Assembly: GCA_964563795.1 (NCBI GenBank)
Contig: CAZLYB010000005.1
Coordinates: forward strand, 2,031-66,030
Direction of reading: 5' to 3'
DNA from: an uncultured Bacteriovoracaceae bacterium
GTDB taxonomy: Bacteria > Bdellovibrionota > UBA1018
Length of the DNA stretch: 64,000 nucleotides
Shown one piece after another: positions 1 through 8,718 of this stretch. Position 1 is the stretch's first letter. Every line of letters begins with the position of its first letter. Under the pieces are notes generated by a model. It did not search any database. It saw only the letters and a list, made by a program, of their open reading frames with translations, and was not told where the DNA came from. The position numbers and the translations under genes were made by a program.

Positions 1-211
1 CGATCACCGGATGCCGGGGGATCAAAAAGTCGATGTCCGTCGTCCCTACCGGCTGGGCAAACGCCCGGGCGAGGCAGCGGTCATAGACGATGAGCGCGAC
101 TCCACCGCCCAAAATCAGGCTTTTCGACCATTCTCCGAAGCTTGCGCAGAGCTTTTCAAGCTCCGCCAAAATCAAATCATTGGCGTCGTTGGCGGGGAGC
201 TTAGATTTCAT
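1..211 (-). CDS. AbiEii-like nucleotidyltransferase (toxin), N-terminal fragment running off the left edge
   Basis: Not in the ORF track because it is truncated. Hand translation of the minus strand from the ATG at 211..209 gives MKSKLPANDANDLILAELEKLCASFGEWSKSLILGGGVALIVYDRCLARAFAQPVGTTDIDFLIPRHPVI... The pattern GGG-x-AL..Y....T-x-DIDF resembles the N-terminal NTase motif of DUF1814/AbiEii proteins. The gene starts 11 nt inside the 3' end of the upstream wHTH gene. Confidence 0.5.
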   Translation of the reverse strand, partial: MKSKLPANDANDLILAELEKLCASFGEWSKSLILGGGVALIVYDRCLARAFAQPVGTTDIDFLIPRHPVI

Positions 212-962
212 CGATCGCTTCAAACTCAGGCCACGAACCCAGCGATTTGAGCGCGGGAATCTTGCGAAAAAGAATCTCAGCCTGCTCTCGCCCCCGGATC
301 GGGAAAAAATAAAGGTCCAGAAAATTCAGAAGCGCGAACGCCTGCCTCCAAAGCGGGTCATCTCGGTCTTTGGAATAACGCTCTACGACGCCGCGGTAGT
401 AAGGCTCAATGAGCAGCACCTCGTAGCCCCGCTCTTGCTCAACCAGCCCGTATTCGCGCTCGATTGAACTCACGGTTTTTGGGTCGAGGACATAGGCTTC
501 CGTCGTCTCGAGGTTCGTCATGCCGGCCTGAAAAACCAACCGAGCCGCGGTATGAAGCGCAGGGACGGCGGAGGAGGCGAGGAGCCGCTCCTTCTTCGAA
601 TGGAACGCCTTCGGATCCGAAAGCGCGTATTGCCTGAGTTTATTTTTCTTCCTGAACTGGTAACGCTTGAGCCAGCGGATCAGGAGCGCTTTAGGTTCCG
701 CGAGATGGAATCTTTTTTTGGTGCTCATCCCCTGGGAACGAATGATTCCATCATATTCAAGGGCTTGAATGACTCGGTGAACCGTGAACGGCATGACCCC
801 CAAGTCGCGAGCGAGCTGGTTGATGGAAAATTCCTGAGCATCTCCCGAATGCCCCAATCCCCGCCTCCCCAAAAGCCAGAACAGCGCAAGCCCTCCCTTT
901 TTGGTGAAAGGGTCGGCGAGGGAAGGCTCTGGTCGTCTGGTAAGCAAGGGAGATCGCTTCAT
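201..962 (-). CDS. Winged-HTH protein, AbiEi-like antitoxin/transcriptional regulator
   Basis: 253-aa ORF. The N-terminal segment FSINQLARDLGVMPFTVHRVIQALEYDGIIRS looks like a wHTH. It has a roughly 150-aa C-terminal domain and is translationally overlapped with the downstream NTase-like gene. An inverted-repeat array lies in its promoter. Confidence 0.45.
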   Translation of the reverse strand: MKRSPLLTRRPEPSLADPFTKKGGLALFWLLGRRGLGHSGDAQEFSINQLARDLGVMPFTVHRVIQALEYDGIIRSQGMSTKKRFHLAEPKALLIRWLKRYQFRKKNKLRQYALSDPKAFHSKKERLLASSAVPALHTAARLVFQAGMTNLETTEAYVLDPKTVSSIEREYGLVEQERGYEVLLIEPYYRGVVERYSKDRDDPLWRQAFALLNFLDLYFFPIRGREQAEILFRKIPALKSLGSWPEFEAIDEI

Positions 963-1019
963 CTATACAAAATTTTAAACTATGCTTTTTTTTTTGTATA
1001 GCTAAATTTATTGCATAGT
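963..1019. promoter_or_regulatory. Putative operator: four CTAT(A/G)C half-sites forming two interleaved inverted repeats upstream of the AbiEi-like gene
   Basis: ctatacaaaa (963-972) is the exact reverse complement of ttttgtatag (992-1001). actatgc (979-985) is the exact reverse complement of gcatagt (1013-1019). Half-sites begin at 963, 980, 996 and 1013, so they are spaced about 16-17 nt apart. Confidence 0.45.
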
Positions 1020-1041
1020 AGCGGCGCCAGTCGCGATCTTT

Positions 1042-1623
1042 CTAAGTCTCTTTCTTGAGCGCCAAGAATCGGAACACCTTATATCCGGCCGTGGCGGAGG
1101 TGTACATGATCTTGCGGAGCACGTCGTAGTTCACGTTCTGATCGGCTTGGATGGCGATCACGCCCTCGAAGGGGAGGGGCTGGCCCTGGGCGTCGCGCTT
1201 CTGGGATTTTGAGCGCAGCAGCTCCGCCTTGTCTCGAGCCCTGAGCAAAGCGTCATAGAGCCGGGCGATGCGGCGTCCCTGTTCATCGAGATCCGTGGGA
1301 TTGATGACGTAGTTCGCCTCTTCGGAGGGGCTTCCCAGTTGCCCTGCGCTCTTCACGAAATCGACCACGCGCTCGTTCTCAAAAGTGATGGACTCCGGAG
1401 TCACGGTGATTTGGAGGCTGTCGCTTGGGACGTCGTTGGAGAGGGAGTGGGGGAGCTTGAGTCCCGGAGCGGCGCTGAAGCTATTGAGCGTCGTAGAGTA
1501 ACTTTTCAAAAGAAAGACGACGAGGATCACCAGCACGTCCATCATGCTGGTGAGCTGAAGGTCAAAAAGCCGTTGCGAGCGATGCGTTCTCCTTCGGCGG
1601 CGGATCGACCGATGAAACGGCAT
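1042..1623 (-). CDS. ExbD/TolR-family biopolymer transport protein
   Basis: Basic N-terminus followed by a single TM with the ExbD-like signature LTSMMDVLVILVVFLL. The ATG at 1623 overlaps the stop of the upstream gene (TGATG). The track ORF begins 3 nt earlier at a GTG. Confidence 0.8.
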   Translation of the reverse strand: MPFHRSIRRRRRTHRSQRLFDLQLTSMMDVLVILVVFLLKSYSTTLNSFSAAPGLKLPHSLSNDVPSDSLQITVTPESITFENERVVDFVKSAGQLGSPSEEANYVINPTDLDEQGRRIARLYDALLRARDKAELLRSKSQKRDAQGQPLPFEGVIAIQADQNVNYDVLRKIMYTSATAGYKVFRFLALKKET

Positions 1624-2222
1624 CACGCGCCTCCCAGCAGATTGCCGAAGATGATCTCGGGAAAAAGCGACTTCACGCTCTCATCCAAGCCGGTCTTCGC
1701 GTTTTTTGCGTAGATGGGGGGATCCGTCTTATCGAGGAGCCGCGTCACGTCCATCACTTGGATGAGCGCATCATAAGTCGAGGTGGCGGCCGGAACGAGC
1801 ACCACCTTAGTCTCCAGCGGAAAGCGTTGCTTGATGCCGAGAAGCGCGTCGTGGATAGGTTTGAGCTGCGGGCTTCCCGAAGCTTCATGCGGAATTTTGA
1901 TGGGCGCGATGCGGTTGAAGGGGCTCCAGATCTCGGTTTCGCGCTCTCGCAGCGTGAGGGTGAGCTGCAGGGGTTTTTCATGCAATTTTTCCTCCACGTC
2001 CCGCGCGCTCACTTGGGGAAAGGGAGACTCGATGCTGACGAGCGCGAAGAAGGAAGTGGTGAAGAGCAAAAATCCAATCAAGGTCACCATCGTATCGATG
2101 ATCGGCACGAGGTTGAGCGCTACCGAGGAGTCCGCGCTGCGTCGATGAGTTGAGGTGCGTCTTAGCACGGCTGGATGCTCCGCCGAATGCTCACTCTGCT
2201 TTCCCTGGAGTCGTTCTCCCAC
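1623..2222 (-). CDS. ExbD/TolR-family biopolymer transport protein (second copy)
   Basis: 199-aa ORF with the motif LNLVPIIDTMVTLIGFLLF, typical of ExbD/TolR N-terminal TM segments. It overlaps the end of the exbB-like gene. Confidence 0.75.
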   Translation of the reverse strand: MGERLQGKQSEHSAEHPAVLRRTSTHRRSADSSVALNLVPIIDTMVTLIGFLLFTTSFFALVSIESPFPQVSARDVEEKLHEKPLQLTLTLRERETEIWSPFNRIAPIKIPHEASGSPQLKPIHDALLGIKQRFPLETKVVLVPAATSTYDALIQVMDVTRLLDKTDPPIYAKNAKTGLDESVKSLFPEIIFGNLLGGA

Positions 2223-2859
2223 GGCGAATCGAGAGCAGATCCATGAGTTTGAGGCTGAATTCGTCGATTTCTTCCAAGATGCGGTTCGCTTTGTTGCTCA
2301 GGACCCCATGCGCCACCATCGTGAAGATCGCCGTGATCAATCCGAATGCGGTGGCGTTCATCGCTTCGCTGATGCCCTTGGCTAAAAGCGCTTGGCGCTG
2401 CGCAGGATCCGCCAGCTCAATCGCCGCAAACGAGCTGATCAGGCCTGAGACCGTGCCGAGCAAACCGAGCAGCGTGGCGAGGTTCGCGATCAGGGCCAGG
2501 TAAGAGAGTCGGCGCTCGAGCCGAGGGATCACTTCAAGACTTGCCGCATCAATCGCGTTTTGAACTTGATCTCCCTCACGAGTCGCCCGTTGAAGCCCCG
2601 CTTTGACGATGCGGGGAAGCGCGGCGCGCCCTGCGCCATTGCAAAGGCGAATGGCCCCGTCAATGTCGTTGGCGAGAACATATTTTTGAACTTCAAGCAT
2701 GAAGGAGGAGCCGTCCACCGAGTACTGCATGAACAAGCGGAGGAACCGCTCCAAGGTGAAAGCGACTGAAAGCGTCAAGGCGATGGCGATGGGGATCATC
2801 CATGGCCCACCTTTTTGGAAGGCGATGATTGCCCCGTTGATCGTGCCTGAAAGGTCCAT
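2191..2859 (-). CDS. MotA/TolQ/ExbB-family proton channel
   Basis: 222 aa with three TM segments. The C-terminal signature LLGLLGTVSGLISSF...ISEAMNATAFGLITAI is typical of ExbB/TolQ. Confidence 0.85.
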   Translation of the reverse strand: MDLSGTINGAIIAFQKGGPWMIPIAIALTLSVAFTLERFLRLFMQYSVDGSSFMLEVQKYVLANDIDGAIRLCNGAGRAALPRIVKAGLQRATREGDQVQNAIDAASLEVIPRLERRLSYLALIANLATLLGLLGTVSGLISSFAAIELADPAQRQALLAKGISEAMNATAFGLITAIFTMVAHGVLSNKANRILEEIDEFSLKLMDLLSIRRGRTTPGKAE

Positions 2860-2928
2860 GAGCGTCTCCTTTATAGAAACTCAATCTCGATGTTTGACTC
2901 TTTCAGGATAACGGATTTTGGCGGCGGG

Positions 2929-3264
2929 TCAAGCGAGGTGCTTTTGAATCGTCTGCTCAATCGCTTCCTTGGGCTGATTTCCCACCAATTGAGCGACGGC
3001 TTGTCCGCCTTTGAAGAGGATGACCGTGGGAATGCCGCGGATATGGAAACGTGCGGGAGTCTCGGGGTTCTCATCCACGTTGAGTTTGCAGACTTTCATT
3101 TTTCCCGCGTATTCATCCGCGAGTTTCTCGATGGTGGGGCCGAGCATTCGGCAGGGACCGCACCATTCGGCCCAGAAGTCGACGAGGACGAGTTGAGATG
3201 ACTTCAAAACATCCGATTCAAATCCAGGATCAGTTGCGGTATGAACATTTTTTGACTCAGACAT
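2929..3264 (-). CDS. trxA: Thioredoxin
   Basis: 111 aa with the WCGPC active site inside VLVDFWAEWCGPCRMLGP, and a full-length thioredoxin fold pattern. Confidence 0.95.
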   Translation of the reverse strand: MSESKNVHTATDPGFESDVLKSSQLVLVDFWAEWCGPCRMLGPTIEKLADEYAGKMKVCKLNVDENPETPARFHIRGIPTVILFKGGQAVAQLVGNQPKEAIEQTIQKHLA

Positions 3265-3326
3265 CGAAAACCTCTCTAATGGGGATTAATGGTGAGGAAC
3301 GTAACATTTTTTAGGGCTGATTTCTA

Positions 3327-3761
3327 GTGGCAGATCCCGTGAAATCTTCGCCCGTCCTTTCGCGAGTTCTCGCGAAAAGTGTCGACTTGCTTTTGGTTTT
3401 TACGCTCGCCCTGCTGCTCCCTTATCCCTTGGGCCCGCTCCTGGGGTTCCTCTACAGCCTGCTTGCCGACGGGATTTCTTGGAAGACGTTTCACGGGCAA
3501 AGCTTGGGGAAAAAGCTCCTCAAGCTTCAGGTGGTTCAGCAGCATTCGAGGCAGCCCATTCATTATAAGGATTCGATGATTCGAAACGCGCCGGTGGGCG
3601 TGGCGACTTTTTTCGCGATGATCCCGGTGTGGGGGTGGTTATTTTTGGGAATCTTCGGGATTCCGCTTCTCATCATGGAAGTTTATTTGATGCTGACAGT
3701 TCAAACGGGGCATCGCTTGGGCGATGTGATGGGGGATACGGAAGTGATCGCCCATTCATGA
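3327..3761 (+). CDS. RDD-family membrane protein
   Basis: 144 aa with a GTG start. Pattern R..AK.VD, TM, GQSLGKKLLKLQVV, MIRN, TM, then GHRLGDVMGDTEVI matches RDD family architecture. The stop overlaps the polA ATG (ATGA). Confidence 0.65.
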   Translation: MADPVKSSPVLSRVLAKSVDLLLVFTLALLLPYPLGPLLGFLYSLLADGISWKTFHGQSLGKKLLKLQVVQQHSRQPIHYKDSMIRNAPVGVATFFAMIPVWGWLFLGIFGIPLLIMEVYLMLTVQTGHRLGDVMGDTEVIAHS

Positions 3762-6475
3762 AAGAATTGCCCCCTTCAAAAACCCTTTACCTCATCGACA
3801 TCAGCTCATTCATTTTTCGGGCGTTTTACGCGATCCGCACGCTGACCAACCGCCATGGGGAACCTACGAACGCCATCTACGGCGTCGCGACCATGCTGAC
3901 GAAACTCATCGAGGAGGCGCAGCCTGAGCACTTGGTCGTCGCCTATGATTCGAAGGAGCCTTCCAAGCGCAAGGAGCGTTACGCCGACTACAAAGCCAAT
4001 CGGTCGGCACCGCCCGAGGATCTGATCCCGCAGTTTGATCGCATTGAGCAACTGGTCGCATGCTTGGGGATCCACTCTTACCGTAAAAGCGGGATCGAAG
4101 CCGATGATTTGATCGCGACGCTCGCCAAGCAATGGCGGGCGATTTCGGCCCAGCACCAGGTCGTCATCGTCACGGGCGACAAGGACCTCATGCAGCTCGT
4201 CGATGAGCGGGGCACGGTGTGGGATACGATGTCCGGCAAGCGATACGGCTCTCCTGAGGTCGAAGAAAAATTTGGCGTGAAGCCCTCGCAGATTCGGGAT
4301 TATCTCGCGCTCGTGGGGGATAGCTCCGACAACATTCCCGGTGTTTCGGGGATTGGCCCCAAAGGTGCGGTGGAGCTGCTTCAGGCCTACGGCACTTTGG
4401 ATGGCATTTTGGAAGCGGCGCAGGCGGGAAAGATCTCCGGCAAGAAGGGGCAGACTCTCGCGGCTTCAATCGAGGTGGCTCATCTCTCCCAGGAGCTCGC
4501 CACCGTGGATGAGGCGATCGAATTGAAATTTGACCCCGAGAAACTGAGATTTGAATTTCGCCCGGGCCAAGAGCTTTTCAGTTTTTTGAGCCAGATGGAT
4601 TTCAAGAGCCTGGCCGAAAAGTGGGCCCTCAAAGCGGGCCAAGGACACCCCCAACCCGAGAAAAGCGCGCAGGCGGGGGCTGTGAACTTCAAAACGATTC
4701 TGAGCGAGGCTGATTTTTCGGCTTTGCTCGAAACACTTTCGCGGGGGCCTGAGTTTGGTTTTGATTTGGAGACGACATCGCTCAATCCCCGTGAAGCGAA
4801 AATCGTGGGGATCGCTTTGAGCCCAACGTCTGATTCGGGCTATTATATTCCCCTCAAACACCAAGACTCGTCAGTTCGGCAGCTGGATTCCGATTTCGTC
4901 CTCAACCAACTCAAGCCTCTTCTAGAAGATCCCAAGATCAAGAAGATCGGCCAAAACTTGAAGTACGATTGGAGCGTTCTGTACGAGCACGGCATCCGGC
5001 CTCTCGGTATCGGAGCGGACACGATGGTGGCGGCATACGTGCTCGAGGCGGAAGGTCGGCATAATCTCGCGACTCTGGCGCGCCAGTACCTGGATTACGA
5101 AGTGCTCACTTATGAAGCGGTTTGCGGCCAGGGCGCTTCGCAAATCAGCTTTGATCAAGTGAGCGTGGAGCAGGCGACGCGTTATTCGGCTGAGGACGCG
5201 TGGATCGCCCATCGCCTTTGGAAGGAGCTTCAACCTCGCTTAGAAAAAGAGCATCTGATCCCGGTTTTCGCGACGGTGGATTTGCCGCTCGTGGATGTGC
5301 TCTGCAGGATGGAGCTCTCGGGAGTGTGCATCGACGCAGATTGGCTGGCCGGGCTTTCGGATCAGTTCGCCAAGGAGCTCAAGCACATCGAGGAGCGCGT
5401 GCACGCTTATGTGAAGGGCGGGCCGGTGAATTTGAACTCGCCCAAGCAATTGGCGCAACTGCTCTTTGAGGAGCTCAAGCTCCCCCCGCAATCCAAGACC
5501 AAGACGGGGTTTTCCACTGACGCGCGGGTGCTCGAAGCGCTCGCGCCTCTTCATGAAGTGCCGCGCCTGCTGCTCGAGCATCGCGAGATCGCCAAGCTCA
5601 AGGGCACCTATGTGGATCCGCTGCCATTGCTCCGCGATGCGAAGACCGGCAAGATTCATGCGGGCTTCCATCAGACGGTCGCCGCGACGGGGCGCCTTTC
5701 GAGCTCGGATCCCAACCTCCAAAACATCCCCGTCAAAACCGAGCGCGGGCGAAGCATCCGACGCGCGTTCATTCCGTGCCCCGGCAATGCCCTCGTTTCA
5801 GCTGATTACAGCCAGATTGAACTGAGATTGCTTGCGCATATGAGCGGGGATGCGGAGCTCACGCGTTCGTTTCAAGCTGAGGAAGACGTTCACGCCCGCA
5901 CCGCGAGCGAGATCTACGGCGTGGGAATGAGGGAGATCGATGACAACCAGCGTGCGGTGGCCAAGGCGATCAATTTCGGCCTGATGTACGGAAAAACCGC
6001 GTTTGGACTCTCGCAGGAGCTCAAGATTCCTCGCAAGGAAGCGCAAGCGATGATCGAGCGCTATTTTGAACGTTACAGCGGGGTGAAGTCTTTTTTGCAG
6101 GGGCAGATCGAGCATGCGAAGCAGACGGGCGCGGTCGAAACGCTCCTTGGGAGGCGCAGGAAGCTGCCGGACATCCGCTCTGCCAATCCAGCGGTGCGCG
6201 CCAACGCGGAGCGGATGGCGATGAATACGCCGATCCAAGGGACGGCGGCTGATCTCATGAAACTGGCGATGATCGAGCTCGATTCGCGCCTGAGTGAAAG
6301 CGGGCTCGGGGCGCGCATGATCATTCAGGTGCATGATGAAGTGGTGCTCGATTGCCCGAAGCATGAAGTGGATCGCGTGATTTCGCTCGTGTGCGAAGTG
6401 ATGGAAAATGCGATGCAGCTCAACGTACCTCTCAAAGTGAACGCGTCTTCCGGCGAGAATTGGGCAGTTCTTTAA
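3758..6475 (+). CDS. polA: DNA polymerase I
   Basis: 5'-nuclease N-terminus (LYLIDISSFIFRAFYA), a 3'-5' exonuclease region, and polymerase motifs (DYSQIELR, KAINFGLMYG, QVHDE). The track ORF starts at 3629, but I chose the ATG at 3758 (MKELPPSKTLYLID) because it overlaps the upstream stop. Confidence 0.97.
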   Translation: MKELPPSKTLYLIDISSFIFRAFYAIRTLTNRHGEPTNAIYGVATMLTKLIEEAQPEHLVVAYDSKEPSKRKERYADYKANRSAPPEDLIPQFDRIEQLVACLGIHSYRKSGIEADDLIATLAKQWRAISAQHQVVIVTGDKDLMQLVDERGTVWDTMSGKRYGSPEVEEKFGVKPSQIRDYLALVGDSSDNIPGVSGIGPKGAVELLQAYGTLDGILEAAQAGKISGKKGQTLAASIEVAHLSQELATVDEAIELKFDPEKLRFEFRPGQELFSFLSQMDFKSLAEKWALKAGQGHPQPEKSAQAGAVNFKTILSEADFSALLETLSRGPEFGFDLETTSLNPREAKIVGIALSPTSDSGYYIPLKHQDSSVRQLDSDFVLNQLKPLLEDPKIKKIGQNLKYDWSVLYEHGIRPLGIGADTMVAAYVLEAEGRHNLATLARQYLDYEVLTYEAVCGQGASQISFDQVSVEQATRYSAEDAWIAHRLWKELQPRLEKEHLIPVFATVDLPLVDVLCRMELSGVCIDADWLAGLSDQFAKELKHIEERVHAYVKGGPVNLNSPKQLAQLLFEELKLPPQSKTKTGFSTDARVLEALAPLHEVPRLLLEHREIAKLKGTYVDPLPLLRDAKTGKIHAGFHQTVAATGRLSSSDPNLQNIPVKTERGRSIRRAFIPCPGNALVSADYSQIELRLLAHMSGDAELTRSFQAEEDVHARTASEIYGVGMREIDDNQRAVAKAINFGLMYGKTAFGLSQELKIPRKEAQAMIERYFERYSGVKSFLQGQIEHAKQTGAVETLLGRRRKLPDIRSANPAVRANAERMAMNTPIQGTAADLMKLAMIELDSRLSESGLGARMIIQVHDEVVLDCPKHEVDRVISLVCEVMENAMQLNVPLKVNASSGENWAVL

Positions 6476-6490
6476 AAACTCCCCACTCAC

Positions 6491-8539
6491 TCAGAGTGCT
6501 TGCAGCGCGTTGAGTCCCAGCGTGGGAAGGAGGGCTGGCCAGTGGTACCAATGCGCGACTACGGGCTCTGAGTTCTCCTGATCTAGGTCCAAAACCCGCT
6601 TTTTAAGATCGCTGATCGTCGTGGGCTCCGTGAAGAGGACAGCAAGCTCCAGATCGCCCCGGTATGATCTGCGCGTGTGGTTCGGCGATCCGATCAATCC
6701 GAGCTCATCATCGATGAGGTACGCTTTGGTGTGAAGCATGGTTTTTTCGCTGTAGCGTCTCTTCTTGGGATCCTCGTTTTGCGTGTTGAAGAGTTTGCCC
6801 GACCATTTGCACACGTCGATCCCGGCTTTCAGCATGGAATTGATGAGGGAAATTTCCGCCATCTTGATCAGCGGTTGGTCCATGTATTTAGGCAAGATCA
6901 CCGAAATGAACTTCCCTCGTTTGGTGAGCGTCTGAACGGAGCCAGGTCCACACGTAGCTTTTTTCCCGGATTCCCCGAGCGCTTTCAGCTCTGGGCTGTC
7001 TTTCAGGGCGGCGAGATTCCATTCCTTCGCTTTTTGGATCAAGAGGTGAGCGGTCCACGCGTCGCTGAAGAATGCGTTTTCGATTTGGATTTTTCTCTTG
7101 GCGTGCTCCACGACCGCTTTGAAGGTTCGTTCCGTCACGCTCCCTGTGAACCAGGAGGTGACCGGGAGCGTGTAAATCAAGCGTCCGCCCCCAACTTTGC
7201 GATCCGTGGAAGCGAGCTTCGTCTCATTGCGCGCGGCTTCGCGCCCCCAGGGATCCCCGGGATCATCCAGCCGCCAGATTGGGGCCTTATCGTCGTCGAA
7301 TGCTCCGGAATTGAATCGCTCGAAGAAAAATCGGTTGATGTCGTTGACGAGCTGGCCTTTGCACAGAATGGCGACGTCGTGCCAGACGAGGTTCCTCCGG
7401 TTGAACCCCATGACCTTATCAATGATATTGCCTCCGCTCACGATCGAGCGGGATTCGTTTGAGACGAGCTTGGCATGGTTGACCGCGAAAAACGGCATCA
7501 TCTGGATCGGGAGCTTCTGGATTTCCCCTTCATTGATGAGGCGGTAACTCGCCCCGAAAAGTTCGAGCGCCGGGAGCAGGGCCCGAAGCGGCGTGACACT
7601 CCACGTGTAATTGGTTTTCAGCGGATCAAGAAAGAGTCTGACTTGAAGCGGAGGCAGGGTGCTTTGGAGGAACGCGTCGATCCGTTTGGAGCTGGAGAGG
7701 ATTTTTTGCTGTTCAGCGTCGCCGAGCGGGCTCGCTTTGAGTTTGAGCCGCGCATATTCTTTTTTTAGATTTTTAGCTTCTCTGAGGAAGGTCTTCCCGC
7801 TGGGAATCTTCTTCAGCTGACTACGACTGCGTTCGCTCAGGCGCGCGAACTCTTGTTCGACATTCTCTGAGCGAGAAAGCGTCTTTTGAATTGAAGCCGA
7901 GGACTCTCCCTCGTCCTCGAGCTGTTTTTGAAGCCAGTCGCGTTTGAGCTCAATCACCCGCTCACGGTGCCCGGAACTTGCGGCCCTCTGAAGCTGCTCG
8001 ATATCCACGAGGGCTTTTTGATTTTCCAAAAAACGGTACTCTCCGTTTTTATCGGGAAGATAAGGTTCGGTGCCTGGCGCGCTCTCGAGCTTGCTCGCGA
8101 TGCGCCTAATGTTGTTGAGTCGAGCTTGCTGCTTTTGGATTCCGCTCAGTTGCTCCAGGCTTCCTTTCTTGCCTTGGAGAAGCCAATCGTAATCGGGCAG
8201 AAGCTGAGCGATGATCTCTGCCCCCAAAATATACCCGAATCGGTCGCCGTAGAGTTCAAACTGACTGATGTTGAGAAAGAGTTTCGCATCACGAACGGTG
8301 GCGAGGGTCTCGTGCCGATGCTCGATGCCATCGACCAGGACGGTGAACTGATTGTGGGGGCGGAATTGGTAATGATGGTGCTTGCTGCGAATGGGGCGTG
8401 AGAGCTCGTCCAGGTAATCTTGGAATTCCCGGCCATTGAGGTGCTCAAAGGAGCGTTTGGAAGTATCGGCGTGCGCGGAAAATAAAAGCGAAAAAATAAC
8501 GATTCCTGAAAAAAGGCGAACTCGCATGAAAATCCTCAT
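6491..8539 (-). CDS. Secreted phospholipase D / cardiolipin-synthase-superfamily protein
   Basis: N-terminal signal peptide (MRVRLFSGIVIFSLLFSAHA). A perfect C-terminal HKD motif, HTKAYLIDDELGLIGSPNH, and a degenerate first motif, NHAKLVSNESRSIVSGGNI. A charged, coiled-coil-like region lies in the N-terminal half. Confidence 0.7.
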   Translation of the reverse strand: MRIFMRVRLFSGIVIFSLLFSAHADTSKRSFEHLNGREFQDYLDELSRPIRSKHHHYQFRPHNQFTVLVDGIEHRHETLATVRDAKLFLNISQFELYGDRFGYILGAEIIAQLLPDYDWLLQGKKGSLEQLSGIQKQQARLNNIRRIASKLESAPGTEPYLPDKNGEYRFLENQKALVDIEQLQRAASSGHRERVIELKRDWLQKQLEDEGESSASIQKTLSRSENVEQEFARLSERSRSQLKKIPSGKTFLREAKNLKKEYARLKLKASPLGDAEQQKILSSSKRIDAFLQSTLPPLQVRLFLDPLKTNYTWSVTPLRALLPALELFGASYRLINEGEIQKLPIQMMPFFAVNHAKLVSNESRSIVSGGNIIDKVMGFNRRNLVWHDVAILCKGQLVNDINRFFFERFNSGAFDDDKAPIWRLDDPGDPWGREAARNETKLASTDRKVGGGRLIYTLPVTSWFTGSVTERTFKAVVEHAKRKIQIENAFFSDAWTAHLLIQKAKEWNLAALKDSPELKALGESGKKATCGPGSVQTLTKRGKFISVILPKYMDQPLIKMAEISLINSMLKAGIDVCKWSGKLFNTQNEDPKKRRYSEKTMLHTKAYLIDDELGLIGSPNHTRRSYRGDLELAVLFTEPTTISDLKKRVLDLDQENSEPVVAHWYHWPALLPTLGLNALQAL

Positions 8540-8718
8540 GGATACATGAAAAGGCTTTAACAGTGAGGCGAAGGGGTGTCAATCTTGAGTAAGTGGTGCG
8601 CCGTGTACGGGGGAATGAGTTCAAGGCAAGTGAATCTCGGAGAGCTGAATGATCCCCTCAACGTGAGCAATAAATCCGCCGTATTCAAAATTTCCTGCAA
8701 AGATTCGCCTCCGACGAA

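Noticed and set aside
3629-3757. N-terminal extensions offered by the ORF track for polA (3629), the M19-like gene (to 10560), HtrA (to 22826), the thiolase (from 22555), the SBP (39339), the GNAT (40634) and the response regulator (to 45516).
   Set aside because: In each case an internal ATG gives a canonical N-terminus (a conserved family start or a signal/lipobox). It also either overlaps the upstream stop (ATGA/TAATG) or has a better Shine-Dalgarno. The extensions overlap neighbouring genes and have low-complexity, Arg/Gly/Ser-rich composition.
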